This document shows positions 1 to 10,113 of a stretch of DNA of 32,000 bases, one piece after another. How positions within the stretch are numbered: position 1 is the stretch's first letter; the number at the start of each line of letters is the position of its first letter. The position numbers were made by a program, and so were the translations under genes. Below the pieces are notes generated by a model, which was given only the letters and a program-made list of their open reading frames with translations, made no database searches and had not been told where the DNA came from. The stretch spans positions 58,543-90,542 of the forward strand of contig JAIRQE010000009.1 in assembly GCA_031256725.1 (NCBI GenBank), written 5' to 3'. Source of the DNA: Propionibacteriaceae bacterium (GTDB lineage Bacteria; Actinomycetota; Actinomycetes; Propionibacteriales; Propionibacteriaceae).

Positions 1-601
1 AGATGAACATTCCAGAGTTCCACAACCAGCCGCCACGGGAGACATAGTCCTTCGCTGTAGCGAGATCGGGCTTCTCTGCAAAGCGCTGTACTGTGAAAAC
101 GGTGGGATGGTCATCCAAGGCAGGCCCGCGATGGAGATACCCGTATCCAGTGTGTGGACTCTGGGGTACGACGCCCAATGTTACGAGAGCTGTGGGATGT
201 TCCCGAGCCGCAGAGAAAGCATCCTTAATCACGGAAATAAGGGCTGCCTGTGGAGTGATGATGTGGTCAGCCCCCAAGACAGCCACGACCGCATCTGGAT
301 CACGTTGTGCGATGGTTGCTACCGACCATGTGACTGCTGCGCACGAGTCTCTTCCCTCAGGTTCACTGAGTTGATTCTCCTTAGGGAGATCCGGCAATTG
401 CTCGGAAATGATCTGGGCGTAATCACGCCCTGCGCAAACAATGATGCGCGAAGGGTCAACGAGTGCCTTCGCGCGGTCATAAGCTAGCTGAAGTAATGAT
501 CTGCCATCAATGAACGGCAGTAGTTGTTTTGGCATCCCACGGCGAGAAAGAGGCCACAGCCTCGTCCCCGATCCGCCGGCCATGATGACGACATAATCCA
601 T
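1..601 (-). CDS. manC: Mannose-1-phosphate guanylyltransferase (GDP-mannose pyrophosphorylase), N-terminal ~200 codons; the 3' end lies beyond the left window edge
   Basis: Absent from the ORF track because it runs off the edge. Hand translation of the minus strand from ATG 601..599 gives MDYVVIMAGGSGTRLWPLSRRGMPKQLLPFIDGRSLLQLAYDRA...LGADHIITP...PHTGYGYLH...QRFAEKPDLATAKDYVSRGGWLWNSGMF. This contains the nucleotidyltransferase G-loop (GGxGxRLWPLSR) and later motifs typical of ManC/CpsB-type enzymes. The frame is open down to base 2. Confidence 0.8.
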   Translation of the reverse strand, partial: MDYVVIMAGGSGTRLWPLSRRGMPKQLLPFIDGRSLLQLAYDRAKALVDPSRIIVCAGRDYAQIISEQLPDLPKENQLSEPEGRDSCAAVTWSVATIAQRDPDAVVAVLGADHIITPQAALISVIKDAFSAAREHPTALVTLGVVPQSPHTGYGYLHRGPALDDHPTVFTVQRFAEKPDLATAKDYVSRGGWLWNSGMFI

Positions 602-612
602 AGAAACAAGTA

Positions 613-644
613 TATGTCTGGCCTGCCACCCCAGGCCAGACATA
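613..644 (-). terminator. Putative intrinsic terminator downstream of the coiled-coil gene pair
   Basis: Perfect 13-bp GC-rich stem checked base by base (613-625 tatgtctggcctg / 632-644 caggccagacata) with a 6-nt loop. On the minus-strand transcript it is followed by UACUUGUUUCU (7 U in 11) and then directly by the manC ATG at 601. There is no U-tract in the plus orientation. Confidence 0.45.
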
Positions 645-731
645 CACCCCTATGAGAAATTGAGTTGCACACATCGGGGATTGGCAAGCCATCCCCTCAT
701 GTACGTGGTTTGAGAGACTCCTAAGGGACTC

Positions 732-1688
732 TCACTGCCAGTCGTCGCCTTCGCCCAGTTCTTCTTCAATGTCTTCCAAGAACTCGTCGGCATCATAGCC
801 TGGGTTCACACCCATGGTGGCGAGCATCTGACGAACATTGCTGAGCTGGAGTGTGATAGCGTCACGACGCGCACTTGCAGCCTGGACTTCACGCTCGGAC
901 TCGCGACGTACTCTCTCTGCAGCAGCCTTAGCCTGCTTGAGAATATCGGAAGCCTCGTTGTTAGCATCCCTGATTGTGGTGTCGGCCTGCTCCTGAGCTT
1001 CTGCCTTGTAGCGCTCGGCCTCTTCCTGGATCGCGAACAGTGATTCCTCAGACCTCTGCATGGCCTCATCTTGGGCCTTCATCTGAGTAGCAAAATCCTT
1101 GGCGGCTTCGTCACGACGCTCTGCAAGAGTCTTCTCGAAGTCAGCAGCTGCGACAGCAGCGCGAGCACGCTGGTTTTCGTAAATAGCCTCGGCTTCTTCA
1201 CGACGAGCCAATGCCTCACGGTCAGCCTGATCCAAGATCTCTTCGGCTTCGCGCTGAGCCTGACCAATGATTCGGGTGGCTTCGGTGTCTGCTTGGCTAC
1301 GTACTTCTGCGGCATAGGCCTCTGCTTCTGTCCGTGTTTGCTCAGCGGCTGACTGTGTCTCAGCTGTCAGCTGGTCAGCTTCCCTCTTTGCAGAGGAGCG
1401 CACATCTTCGCTCTCGGCCTGAGCTAGACCCAGCATCTGGGAGATGCGAGAACCCAAGTCGTCGAAGGATGGAGCCTTGGGAGACTGGGCGACGCGATCC
1501 TCAAGATCAGCGGTGTACAGCGACATCTCATCAAGCTCCTGTTGGAGCTGATCGATGGTGGCATGCAACTCTGAGTCCCCACCTCCGGACCCACTGCGAG
1601 CAGCTTCAAGCTCTTGGGTCAAGCGCTCGAACTCGGCATTGACTTCCTCGGGATCATATCCCCGACGGATCATCTGAAAATTGGGCAT
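732..1688 (-). CDS. DivIVA-domain coiled-coil protein
   Basis: 318-aa ORF. The N-terminus MPNFQMIRRGYDPEEVNAEFERL fits the DivIVA N-terminal motif (F..RGYDxxEVDxFL). The rest is an Ala/Glu/Gln/Arg-rich predicted coiled coil with an acidic tail (EELGEGDDWQ). GAGG lies 4 nt upstream of the ATG. Confidence 0.8.
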   Translation of the reverse strand: MPNFQMIRRGYDPEEVNAEFERLTQELEAARSGSGGGDSELHATIDQLQQELDEMSLYTADLEDRVAQSPKAPSFDDLGSRISQMLGLAQAESEDVRSSAKREADQLTAETQSAAEQTRTEAEAYAAEVRSQADTEATRIIGQAQREAEEILDQADREALARREEAEAIYENQRARAAVAAADFEKTLAERRDEAAKDFATQMKAQDEAMQRSEESLFAIQEEAERYKAEAQEQADTTIRDANNEASDILKQAKAAAERVRRESEREVQAASARRDAITLQLSNVRQMLATMGVNPGYDADEFLEDIEEELGEGDDWQ

Positions 1689-1715
1689 CTGTCCTCAATC
1701 TCTTTCTCGTAGTAG

Positions 1716-3011
1716 TTAGGTTCCGTCCGGATTCTCCGGCACGGCAAGAGCTTCAATAACTCCTGACAATTGACCTAGCTGTGCAGCTATATTATCGCGA
1801 CGGCGGGCCAACGTCGAAGCCTCCATGCGGGCACGTTCCATATACTCACGTACTTCATTGCGAATTGCATCGGCATCCTGCCTTGCCTGTGCAACAACAT
1901 CCATTGCCTCCTGGCGTGATCGTCCAGCCCGTTCAGCGACACTGCGCTGCAACTCTTCCATTTCTGCCATGGCGCGAGCACGCGCCTCGGCTGCCACACT
2001 CTCCTGGCGTGCAATACGATCCTCAGCCTGAGCTTTCAGTCTCATCGCATCCTCACGGGCACGAGTAAGTGCAGCGTCGCCCTCAATCCTAGCCTGAGTA
2101 CGCATAGCCTCAGAATCGACCTGGGCTTTGTCCATAATTGCCTGAAATGTTTCATTAAGTTCTGAACGTTTACCCGAGACTTCAATGTCGGCTTCTCGAC
2201 GTATGGCATTCGCCTCAGCCTGGGCTCCCTCAATAAGAGCTCTCATGGATTCCTGGGTGGTGGCCACCTGCTGGGAGACCCGATCAAGACGGGCTTTCGC
2301 CTGAGCACGACCCTCAGCAATGATGGATTCGAATTCCTCTTGAGCCTGACGACGTAGGTGCGATACCTCTTCTTCAGCATCAGCACGCGCAAGATCAATA
2401 GCGTTACAAGTGGTGTCCATCTCCATCTGCATGGCATCCCATAGACGTTGAAGCTCCTCTTCGACTCCGACCCATACCTGTGCAACCTCACGATCCAACT
2501 GCGCACGACGTTGCCGAGACTCATCATCAAGAGCCTTACGCATCGCAGTAATCTCATCCTCAACTGCAGCGCGATAGTCATTGATACGACCATAGGCATC
2601 AGACTCAAAATCAGAGACAACCGAGAAAACAGCTCGCTCACGTTCCTGGGCGCGGTTCTGAGCCTCAATCACCTCATGTCGAGCTCGATCAAGAACATCT
2701 TGTACAAAACCTTCAGCCTCTTTGGCTATACCACGGGCACGGTCAGCAGAATCTCGGACAATAGTTTCCCCAGCTGTTTGGGCAAGATCAACAGCAGCTA
2801 GTACAACCGTTTCGGACTCGCGTCGACGTTGCTCAAGTAGTTGACTCGCTGAACGGTTCTCCTCCATGAGGGCTTCCCAACGGCTCTGCGCCTTCAGGAG
2901 CTCAGCTTCGGTTTCTTCTTTGAGTCGATCAGCAAGAATCTGAGCATGGGTGAGCATATCCTGTGCACCCTGACGCTGCCCAGGGAAAGAAGGAGGTCTG
3001 GCAGCGCTCAT
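1716..3011 (-). CDS. Ala/Glu/Arg/Gln-rich coiled-coil protein of unknown function (~431 aa)
   Basis: Long ORF (track 1716..3023) with extreme A/E/R/Q bias and heptad-like character over its whole length. The track start GTG 3023 overlaps the AGGAG box, so ATG 3011 (MSAARPP...), 11 nt after AGGAG, is preferred. It is 27 nt upstream of, and co-oriented with, the DivIVA-domain gene. Confidence 0.7.
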   Translation of the reverse strand: MSAARPPSFPGQRQGAQDMLTHAQILADRLKEETEAELLKAQSRWEALMEENRSASQLLEQRRRESETVVLAAVDLAQTAGETIVRDSADRARGIAKEAEGFVQDVLDRARHEVIEAQNRAQERERAVFSVVSDFESDAYGRINDYRAAVEDEITAMRKALDDESRQRRAQLDREVAQVWVGVEEELQRLWDAMQMEMDTTCNAIDLARADAEEEVSHLRRQAQEEFESIIAEGRAQAKARLDRVSQQVATTQESMRALIEGAQAEANAIRREADIEVSGKRSELNETFQAIMDKAQVDSEAMRTQARIEGDAALTRAREDAMRLKAQAEDRIARQESVAAEARARAMAEMEELQRSVAERAGRSRQEAMDVVAQARQDADAIRNEVREYMERARMEASTLARRRDNIAAQLGQLSGVIEALAVPENPDGT

Positions 3012-3231
3012 GAAAACCTGCACTCCTTTCCCATAGGTGAGGTCGAGCTAAGGACAATCAACCATCTGCATCTGAGAAGGGAGCATTGTAAATATGCCCT
3101 CCCAGATCTGCGGTTATGCCACACTAACTATTCTTACTTGAGGATATACTACACATCCTTGACATAATTGCTAGGCAACCCCGATGGCGGTTTACACTTA
3201 GGTAATATCTGTAAGTCTCAACCCCACTGCT

Positions 3232-6200
3232 TTAGGCTATGTCACTGAAGATCGAACTCACAACTAGGGTCACCCACTCAATCAAATCAAGGTTCTTCAC
3301 CAGTTGGCTGGGTAGACCTCCTGTCATGGGTGCAGGGATGAGAATGTACCCCTCAGGCTTAAAGATAGAACCGGGATAAAGCCTCGAAACACGAGCCCTG
3401 CGCGAATCTGGAAGTGGTGATTGCGGGGTGAATCGAATGAATTTCCCCTGAAGTACAACTTCAATAACACCGGCTTGACAAGCACTAATACGTAGCTTCG
3501 CTACCTCGATCAGGGCTTGTACCTCCTGAGGTGGGTTTCCGTACCGATCAAGAAGTTCATCACAGACCTCCTCCAGATCCGACTCAGTCACAGCCCCCGC
3601 TATCCTGCGGTACATCTCCAAACGCAGACGCTCCGAATCAATATAGGTACTAGGCAGATGAGCTTCGACAGGGATCTCGATCCTCATCTCAACCTCAGGT
3701 TCAGCTTGGATACCATCTTTAAATTCCGACACGGCTTCACCCACAAGTCTCAGGTAAAGGTCGAAACCTACCTCAGCGATGTGTCCCGATTGTTCTGCCC
3801 CCAACATGTTTCCAGCCCCTCGTATTTCAAGGTCCCTCATGGCTATTTTCATGCCAGATCCGAGGTCGGTATGTGCAGCCATTGTTGCTAGGCGATCATG
3901 GGCTAGTTGGGTCAAGATCTTGTCCTGTGGATAGAAGAAGTACGCATATCCCCGGTCCCTGCCACGACCCACTCGTCCTCGAATCTGATGGAGTTGGCTC
4001 AGCCCCATCACATCTGCTCTATCAACAATCAGAGTATTCGCATTGGAGATATCGAGACCCGATTCCACGATCGTGGTACACACGAGTACATCACTGCGAC
4101 GTTCGACATAGTCCAGCATGACTCGTTCAAGTTCTCTTTCACTCATCTTGCCGTGAGCAACCGAAACCTTTGCCTCTGGTACCAACTCGGAAATCCTATG
4201 AGCAACCTGGTCGATGGAGGCAACACGATTATGGATGAAGAAGACCTGCCCCTCGCGAGCCAACTCTCTCTTAATTGCGGCGCTAATCTGACCCTCGTCA
4301 TAGATCCCGGCAAAGGTGAGTACAGGGTGGCGTTCCTCAGGTGGTGTCTGGATCACAGATAATTCACGAATACCAGTGACCGCCATCTCCAGGGTACGCG
4401 GAATAGGGGTGGCAGACATCGCGAGTACATCAGCATCAAGGCGCAGCTTCTTGAGAGCCTCCTTGTGGTCGACACCGAAGCGTTGCTCCTCATCAATGAT
4501 CACAAGGCCAAGATCCTTGAACTGAACATCCTGGCTTAGGAGCCGATGTGTTCCGATAACCACATCAACTGCACCTGAGGCCAACCCCTCTAGGGTCTTC
4601 TTCTCCCGTGAGACTGTCTCAAACCGGGATAGGGGCGCAAGAGTGAGTGGGAATCCAGCAAAGCGTCCCGAAAAGGTCGCCAAGTGTTGCTGTACGAGCA
4701 GGGTGGTTGGAACGAGGACTGCCACCTGTTTGCCATCCATGGCTGCCTTAAATGCGGCACGTACTGCGATCTCGGTCTTCCCGTACCCAACGTCTCCACA
4801 CACAAGGCGATCCATGGGAGTAATGGACTCCATATCATGTTTGACATCGTCGATACAGGACAACTGGTCTGCCGTCTCAACAAAAGTGAAGGAATCCTCC
4901 ATCTCCTTTTGCCATTCAGTATCCGCAGAGAAAGCGAACCCTTGTACTGCTTTGCGAGCAGCGTACAGACGTACCAACTCGGCCGCAATCTCGCGAACAG
5001 CCTTGCGAGCCCTCGACTTGCGTTTCGCCCAATCTGCCCCACCGAGACGATCAAGACTGGGAGCCTCCCCACCCACATAGGCGGTGACAAGATTGAGTTG
5101 ATCCATGGGTACATACAACCGATCCCCTGGTTGCCCCCTCTTTGATGAGCCGTACTCCAGAACAAGGTATTCACGCTCGACCCCGGAAATCACCCGTGTT
5201 GCCATCTCCACATATCGACCAACTCCATGGGAGTCGTGTACCACGTAGTCTCCTGGATGAAGACTCAGCGGATCAATCTCCTTCTTTCGTCTCGTTGGTA
5301 GTCTGCGACTTGCCTTATCCGTACTCTGGGATCCGGCGAGGTCCCCAGAGGTCACGACAGTCATATTCAGCTTCGAGATGGAGAAACCATGGGCGAGGAT
5401 GGCGGTCATGATGGAGACTCGACCAGGCTGAGGTTCTGCTTGCGGGCTGAGAGTCTCCACCTCGGTACCAGCATCCTGGAAGAGGTCGTGGTACCTCTGG
5501 GCCAGACCGCGACCTTCAGTGGTAAGAACCACTGTCTCACCTAAATCAACTCTGTTCTTGACCTCGTGGATTCCCTCAGTGAGTTCAGTGGTACTCATAG
5601 GCGTGGGTTCTGCCTCAATACTGATGGAGTCATCCTCGGGATCTGATCCAAAGGGAGTCAGCGTCCACCAGGCGAGTCCCCGATCTAGTGCCTCACTTCG
5701 TACGTCCCCCAGTGTGCGATAGGCCGCAGCTCCAAGATCAATGGGGGCCTGTCCTCCCCCGGCGGCTGCCGCCCAGGAGGCTTGAAGGAACTCTTCAGAG
5801 ATCGCAGTCAGATCCTGGGCCCGCGAACGTACCAACTCTGGATCACAGACGAGGACCACTGTTGAAGGATCCACAACATCAGTGAACATCTCCATCCCCG
5901 AGGTTAACGCTGGGGCAAGAGCCTCCATACCGTCGACAGCATGACCATCTGCAATTCGGTCCAGCATGTCAATGAGTTCACTGTGGTGGGGGATAAGCTC
6001 CTTGGCCTTAAGTCGTACCTCGTGAGTCAGGAGCATCTCTCGACAGGGGGTGGCGACAATCTCGTTCAGGGAATTGGGGGATGACCTCTGGTCTGCGACG
6101 GAGAACTCACGAATCTCCTCAACCGTGTCGCCAAAGAAATCGATTCTGACTGGGGTTTCGGCTGTGGGAGTGAACAGGTCGAGAATTCCACCTCTGAGGG

Positions 6201-6720
6201 CAAATTCTCCTCTATGTTCAACGAGGTCCGTACGTACATAAGCCGCTTCGACGAGGGCCTTCGACAGTTCGAGAACATCATAATCGGCACCCACGCGAAT
6301 CATCACCGAGGCCATCTGCCCAAGCCCTGTGACCTGGGGTTGAAGAAGGGAACGTACGGGAGCCACAATCACTCGTGGTGCTGGGCGTTCATCATTTCCG
6401 ACCAGTCGCCTCAAAACCTCAAGTCGACGTCCCACAGTATCTGAACGCGGACTCAGTCTCTCATGGGGCAAGGTCTCCCATGCTGGATAATAGGCCACCT
6501 CATCAGGATTCACGAGGGTTTCCATTGAGGCAACCAGTGATTCTGCTTCACGGTATGTCGAGGTCACCATGAGTACAGGCCGAGCCTCGGATATGGCTGC
6601 TGCCAAGAAGGGGCGAATCTCGGCAATAGAAATCAGGTCACCAGTTGGCTTCGATGTCGCGGCACCAATGGCATCGCGGATAGACTCCTGCCTTGACATC
6701 AGCCGTGTTATCCCATGCAC
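3232..6720 (-). CDS. mfd: Transcription-repair coupling factor Mfd
   Basis: 1162 aa. CarD/TRCF RNAP-interacting region ([14 protein letters not shown]), SF2 helicase Walker A ([11 protein letters not shown]), DEEQRFG box and C-terminal TRCF domain. The pth-mfd neighbourhood is conserved. The start is uncertain (GTG 6720 or ATG 6699). Confidence 0.97.
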   Translation of the reverse strand: MHGITRLMSRQESIRDAIGAATSKPTGDLISIAEIRPFLAAAISEARPVLMVTSTYREAESLVASMETLVNPDEVAYYPAWETLPHERLSPRSDTVGRRLEVLRRLVGNDERPAPRVIVAPVRSLLQPQVTGLGQMASVMIRVGADYDVLELSKALVEAAYVRTDLVEHRGEFALRGGILDLFTPTAETPVRIDFFGDTVEEIREFSVADQRSSPNSLNEIVATPCREMLLTHEVRLKAKELIPHHSELIDMLDRIADGHAVDGMEALAPALTSGMEMFTDVVDPSTVVLVCDPELVRSRAQDLTAISEEFLQASWAAAAGGGQAPIDLGAAAYRTLGDVRSEALDRGLAWWTLTPFGSDPEDDSISIEAEPTPMSTTELTEGIHEVKNRVDLGETVVLTTEGRGLAQRYHDLFQDAGTEVETLSPQAEPQPGRVSIMTAILAHGFSISKLNMTVVTSGDLAGSQSTDKASRRLPTRRKKEIDPLSLHPGDYVVHDSHGVGRYVEMATRVISGVEREYLVLEYGSSKRGQPGDRLYVPMDQLNLVTAYVGGEAPSLDRLGGADWAKRKSRARKAVREIAAELVRLYAARKAVQGFAFSADTEWQKEMEDSFTFVETADQLSCIDDVKHDMESITPMDRLVCGDVGYGKTEIAVRAAFKAAMDGKQVAVLVPTTLLVQQHLATFSGRFAGFPLTLAPLSRFETVSREKKTLEGLASGAVDVVIGTHRLLSQDVQFKDLGLVIIDEEQRFGVDHKEALKKLRLDADVLAMSATPIPRTLEMAVTGIRELSVIQTPPEERHPVLTFAGIYDEGQISAAIKRELAREGQVFFIHNRVASIDQVAHRISELVPEAKVSVAHGKMSERELERVMLDYVERRSDVLVCTTIVESGLDISNANTLIVDRADVMGLSQLHQIRGRVGRGRDRGYAYFFYPQDKILTQLAHDRLATMAAHTDLGSGMKIAMRDLEIRGAGNMLGAEQSGHIAEVGFDLYLRLVGEAVSEFKDGIQAEPEVEMRIEIPVEAHLPSTYIDSERLRLEMYRRIAGAVTESDLEEVCDELLDRYGNPPQEVQALIEVAKLRISACQAGVIEVVLQGKFIRFTPQSPLPDSRRARVSRLYPGSIFKPEGYILIPAPMTGGLPSQLVKNLDLIEWVTLVVSSIFSDIA

Positions 6721-6890
6721 CCGTACAGATTACTGTGTACCACCAATCATGGATACTTCACGACACGAGGTGTACAACTTCCCATACTGGTTTTCCGCAG
6801 GGTTGGGATTCATATTCGAGCCATTACCTGGATAGCACATACCCTCCATGGGAGAACGTCAAAAGTGTGTGAAGAGGGTAACACTTGTTG

Positions 6891-7487
6891 CTAGGAGTTG
6901 TACCTAGCTTGAGTCTTCTCCAAGCCAGAGGTTACGAGGGATTCCACAGCATCGGCAGCAAGATCCACCATGCGTATTACTTCATCTCTTTCATTGGTAC
7001 GGAAGTTGGTCAACACCCAATCGGTGACCTCCATGCGCACTGCAGGTCGACCAATGCCAACTCGGACACGGAAATAGTCACCTGTACCCACATGGGAGCG
7101 GATTGAGCGTAACCCATTATGCCCATTGTCACCCCCACCGAACTTGATCCTCAGTTGACCAAGATCGATATCCAACTCGTCATGGATAACAATCACATGA
7201 TCGGGGCGAATCCTCTTCTCCATGAGGTTGCGTACAGGCACACCAGAGAGATTCATATATGTACGTGTGGTTGCCACAATGAGTTGGTCTGCTTCGGGGG
7301 AAGGGATACCGATCCCAGCCGGCCCTAGACGTACCTCTGCTGTTTCTGCCCGCTGGATACGACGGGACTTGAAGGAGGCTGACCCACGTTGAGCCAACTC
7401 ATGGGCAACCATGGCACCAATATTGTGCCGATTATGTGCATAGGTTGGGCCAGGGTTTCCCAGCCCAACCACAAGCCAGGTTGCCAA
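6891..7487 (-). CDS. pth: Peptidyl-tRNA hydrolase
   Basis: 198 aa with LVVGLGNPGPTYAHNRHNIG and HDELD signatures. The TTG start is 3 nt after the rplY stop. Confidence 0.95.
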   Translation of the reverse strand: MATWLVVGLGNPGPTYAHNRHNIGAMVAHELAQRGSASFKSRRIQRAETAEVRLGPAGIGIPSPEADQLIVATTRTYMNLSGVPVRNLMEKRIRPDHVIVIHDELDIDLGQLRIKFGGGDNGHNGLRSIRSHVGTGDYFRVRVGIGRPAVRMEVTDWVLTNFRTNERDEVIRMVDLAADAVESLVTSGLEKTQARYNS

Positions 7488-7490
7488 AGC

Positions 7491-8114
7491 TTATTCCTCG
7501 GTTGCCTCTTCGGCTTCCTGTGAACCCTCGCCCTCTTCGGCGGTGGACTCGCCCATATCCTTGGCCTGAGGAGCCTGGATGGACAAGATGAGATCCTCGG
7601 GATCACCAGGGAAGACTGCACCTTCAGGAAGATTCAGATCCTGAGCGAGGATGGTCACGCCAACTTCCATACCATCAACATTGATCTCAATGGAGGCAGG
7701 TATCTTAGTGGCCTCAACCTCAAGCATGATCGTGTTCTGATCCTGGATGATGACACCGGAACCACGAATCTCACCCACCACGGTCAAAGGCACCTCAACG
7801 GTGACCTTCTCACCGCGACGAACGATGATGAGATCAACATGCTCGATGGTACCGCGGACTGGATCACGCTGAATCTGCTTTGGGAGAGCGAGTTGGCCCT
7901 TACCCCCTTCAATGTCTATATCAAGCAGGGCATTTGCTGTACGCAGAGCCATGGCAGTTGCGTGTGCAGGAAGTGCAATGTGTACCGGATCTGTTCCGTG
8001 GCCGTACAGTACAGCTGGAATCATCTTGTCGCGACGCATTCTACGGGCAGCGCCCTTGCCGAACTCGTCACGAGTCTGGGCCTTGATAATGATCTCTGCC
8101 ATTATTCTCCTCAA
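7491..8114 (-). CDS. rplY: 50S ribosomal protein L25 / general stress protein Ctc (long form)
   Basis: 207 aa. N-terminal RDEFGKGAARRMRRDKMIPAVLYGHG and a two-domain Ctc architecture with an acidic C-terminal tail. Lies directly upstream of pth, as is usual. Confidence 0.93.
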   Translation of the reverse strand: MRRIMAEIIIKAQTRDEFGKGAARRMRRDKMIPAVLYGHGTDPVHIALPAHATAMALRTANALLDIDIEGGKGQLALPKQIQRDPVRGTIEHVDLIIVRRGEKVTVEVPLTVVGEIRGSGVIIQDQNTIMLEVEATKIPASIEINVDGMEVGVTILAQDLNLPEGAVFPGDPEDLILSIQAPQAKDMGESTAEEGEGSQEAEEATEE

Positions 8115-8353
8115 CTAAGTCAAACATAGGTGAGCCTCAGCCAAGGGACCGTCGATCACGGGATAAACTCCCCTCGCCGGGCAACCACGCCATCCTACCT
8201 GGTCAGATTCCCGCTTGTCACCCTTCACCCAAATCCAAACTATCAAGAAATCATCAAAAATCAGGTACAGAATGTCCACGCCCTGGACAAAAAGTCTGAA
8301 AAAAACCCAATTGTGGATTATTCTCGTCACTAGGACCATGAGGGGAGACCGCT

Positions 8354-9283
8354 GTGCCTTATCAAGCTTTGGGATATGAGCCGAATCAGAGCGTCATTTC
8401 GACCTTTGGCAGTTTGGGGTTGAATACTCAACCTCCTGATCATGAACTTGACCCCGCGTGGCTACAAGAAGTGGCAGAGGCTCTGGTCAACGGAGAGTGC
8501 GATGTACCCTCTCGTGGTGACTTTGCTGGAACCTGCATGGATGATCGTCTGCGCTCCTGCGGTACAGATCCCCTCCTGCCCAACCTCGCTGGTGGTGCCT
8601 TGGGGTTGCTCTTTGCAGCACGCGCTGTCCTTCCGGCCTATGATCGTCAGACGTTGACTGCGGCGAGTTTCATGAGGATCTTGAGCGACGGTGGACTGCC
8701 CGTTTATGCGCATATTGATGAGGAATTTGTACGAGGCAGAGCCACAGGATGTGCTTTCAACGACCAGATCGCTTTCTCGGGTACTGCACTTCCTCGCATC
8801 CTAACTCGAGCCCACGAGTTTTTCGGGTTCACCGCAGAACCAGAGGTCCTCGACATGATCACAAGTCTGTCTGAACGGGTACATGCTCTAACAAAGGTCG
8901 ATGAGGTCACGGGCATGGACTCCTTTGACGAGAATCCTATCCTTCGCCTCAATGCTGTCAAGGAGGCTGGTGGAATCGTCGAGTTCTATGGAGGCCCTCA
9001 TCTTTCACCAGGCGCAGATATCAGCTTCCGACAACACACCACTCTTGCGCGTGAAACCCTGGATTCTGAACATGATGCCAGAATTTTCCATTTGGACGCC
9101 TGGAGTTACAGATCTACCGCACTCAAGCTGGCAATGGTACTCCCCCAAAGCCAGGCTCAAATTGAGGCTGGAGTCACCTCGGAGGATCTCGTGTGGCAGA
9201 TGGCAACTGCGATGTTCCTGAACAGTTTTTCTGCACTCGCTGCCCGTAGTACCCCTGACTCTTTGCTTGTTGTGCGTCCATAA
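8354..9283 (+). CDS. Hypothetical protein, 309 aa, no family recognised
   Basis: Clean ORF with a GTG start and GGGGAG 6 nt upstream. Codon usage is core-like. No motif could be assigned with confidence. Confidence 0.6.
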   Translation: MPYQALGYEPNQSVISTFGSLGLNTQPPDHELDPAWLQEVAEALVNGECDVPSRGDFAGTCMDDRLRSCGTDPLLPNLAGGALGLLFAARAVLPAYDRQTLTAASFMRILSDGGLPVYAHIDEEFVRGRATGCAFNDQIAFSGTALPRILTRAHEFFGFTAEPEVLDMITSLSERVHALTKVDEVTGMDSFDENPILRLNAVKEAGGIVEFYGGPHLSPGADISFRQHTTLARETLDSEHDARIFHLDAWSYRSTALKLAMVLPQSQAQIEAGVTSEDLVWQMATAMFLNSFSALAARSTPDSLLVVRP

Positions 9284-9311
9284 GGTGGGCGAACTCTTGT
9301 GCCGCCTCACC
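9284..9311 (+). terminator. Possible stem-loop terminator after the 309-aa gene (no U-tail)
   Basis: ggtgggcg...cgcctcacc starts immediately after the TAA. It forms 4 + 4 bp with one bulged base and an 11-nt loop, and no T-run follows. Confidence 0.25.
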
Positions 9312-9428
9312 CCTAGACGGTAGCCTTTGGGGAACTTGGTGACCAATTGCACATTGAGGCGCATTGGCTCCTACGCCCAAACCCTCCGTAACTATGCGGG
9401 GGCTGACGTACGCAAGAGAGGCATCACT

Positions 9429-10040
9429 ATGAGTGAGAAAACCGTCGTGACCGAAATGAAGATGCGCATGTCCGATCCGACAGCACTAGGTGTTTTCGGT
9501 TTGGCTATGGTGACCTTCGTCGCTTCATCCCAGAAACTCGGATGGACGACTGGGGTTGAGCACATCATTCCCTGGGCCATGATGTTGGGATCGATCGCCC
9601 AAATCTGGGCAGCTAAGGTCGATTTCAAGAATAACAACTATTTCGGTTCCATCGTATTGGGTGCCTATGGTTTGTTCTGGATGGCAGTGTCCATCAACTG
9701 GATGATTACCCTCGGCTGGTTCGGCATGACCAAGGGCGATACAACTCAGGTTGCTTTCGGATTCCTGGGGTACTTCATCTTCTCCCTATTTATTACTGTG
9801 GCGGCTTTTGAAGTCTCCAAGGTCTTTGCTGCCATTCTTGTATTGATTGATGTCCTGCTTCTTTCCTTGGGCCTTGCCGCCCTCGGTGTGGCAGAGATCT
9901 TCTCCCACATTGCAGCCTGGTCAGAGTTTGCCATTGCCCTGTTGAGCTTCTACGCCTGTGGTGGCATCTTCCTCAACAATTTCTTTGGCAAGAAGGTACT
10001 GCCTATGGGCAAGCCTTTCGGCTTCATCAAGAAGGGCTAA
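9429..10040 (+). CDS. satP: GPR1/FUN34/YaaH-family acetate/succinate channel
   Basis: Six-TM protein. The (N/D)PxxLG(L/V)xGF/L signature is present as SDPTALGVFGLAM. It is collinear by eye with E. coli SatP through to ...FGKKVLPMGKP. ATG 9429 with AGAGAGG upstream is preferred over the track start at 9327. Confidence 0.85.
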   Translation: MSEKTVVTEMKMRMSDPTALGVFGLAMVTFVASSQKLGWTTGVEHIIPWAMMLGSIAQIWAAKVDFKNNNYFGSIVLGAYGLFWMAVSINWMITLGWFGMTKGDTTQVAFGFLGYFIFSLFITVAAFEVSKVFAAILVLIDVLLLSLGLAALGVAEIFSHIAAWSEFAIALLSFYACGGIFLNNFFGKKVLPMGKPFGFIKKG

Positions 10041-10113
10041 TAAACCCTGAATAACGATGCGGAGGCTGTAGAGTTGGCAAAGCACTCTTCTTATCTGACC
10101 TTTAGGAGTACGC

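Noticed and set aside
93-692. Plus- and minus-strand ORFs from the track (93..374, 107..487, 484..687, 507..692)
   Set aside because: They lie antisense to or out of frame with the clearly recognisable manC reading frame (hand-translated, GGSGTRLWPLSR motif). Their products are Cys/Trp/Arg-rich nonsense-like sequences.
3079-3103. Hairpin gggagcat(7-nt loop)atgccctccc downstream of mfd considered as a terminator
   Set aside because: The stem is imperfect (8 bp with a 2-nt bulge), it lies about 130 nt from the mfd stop, and there is no U-tract on the minus-strand transcript.
8354-9283. The CMDDR motif suggested a beta-carbonic anhydrase (CxDxR)
   Set aside because: No HxxC partner motif at the appropriate spacing, and no other beta-CA signatures. 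A single pentapeptide is insufficient.
9327-9428. Track start at 9327 for the SatP-like gene (34 extra N-terminal residues)
   Set aside because: The extension is not hydrophobic and is not part of the family. ATG 9429 has a good AGAGAGG RBS and gives the expected short N-terminus before the (N/D)PxxLG motif.
10041-10113. Possible riboswitch (ZTP/THF type) in the glyA leader
   Set aside because: The leader is only 73 nt, and I found no conserved riboswitch core sequences or convincing pairing.
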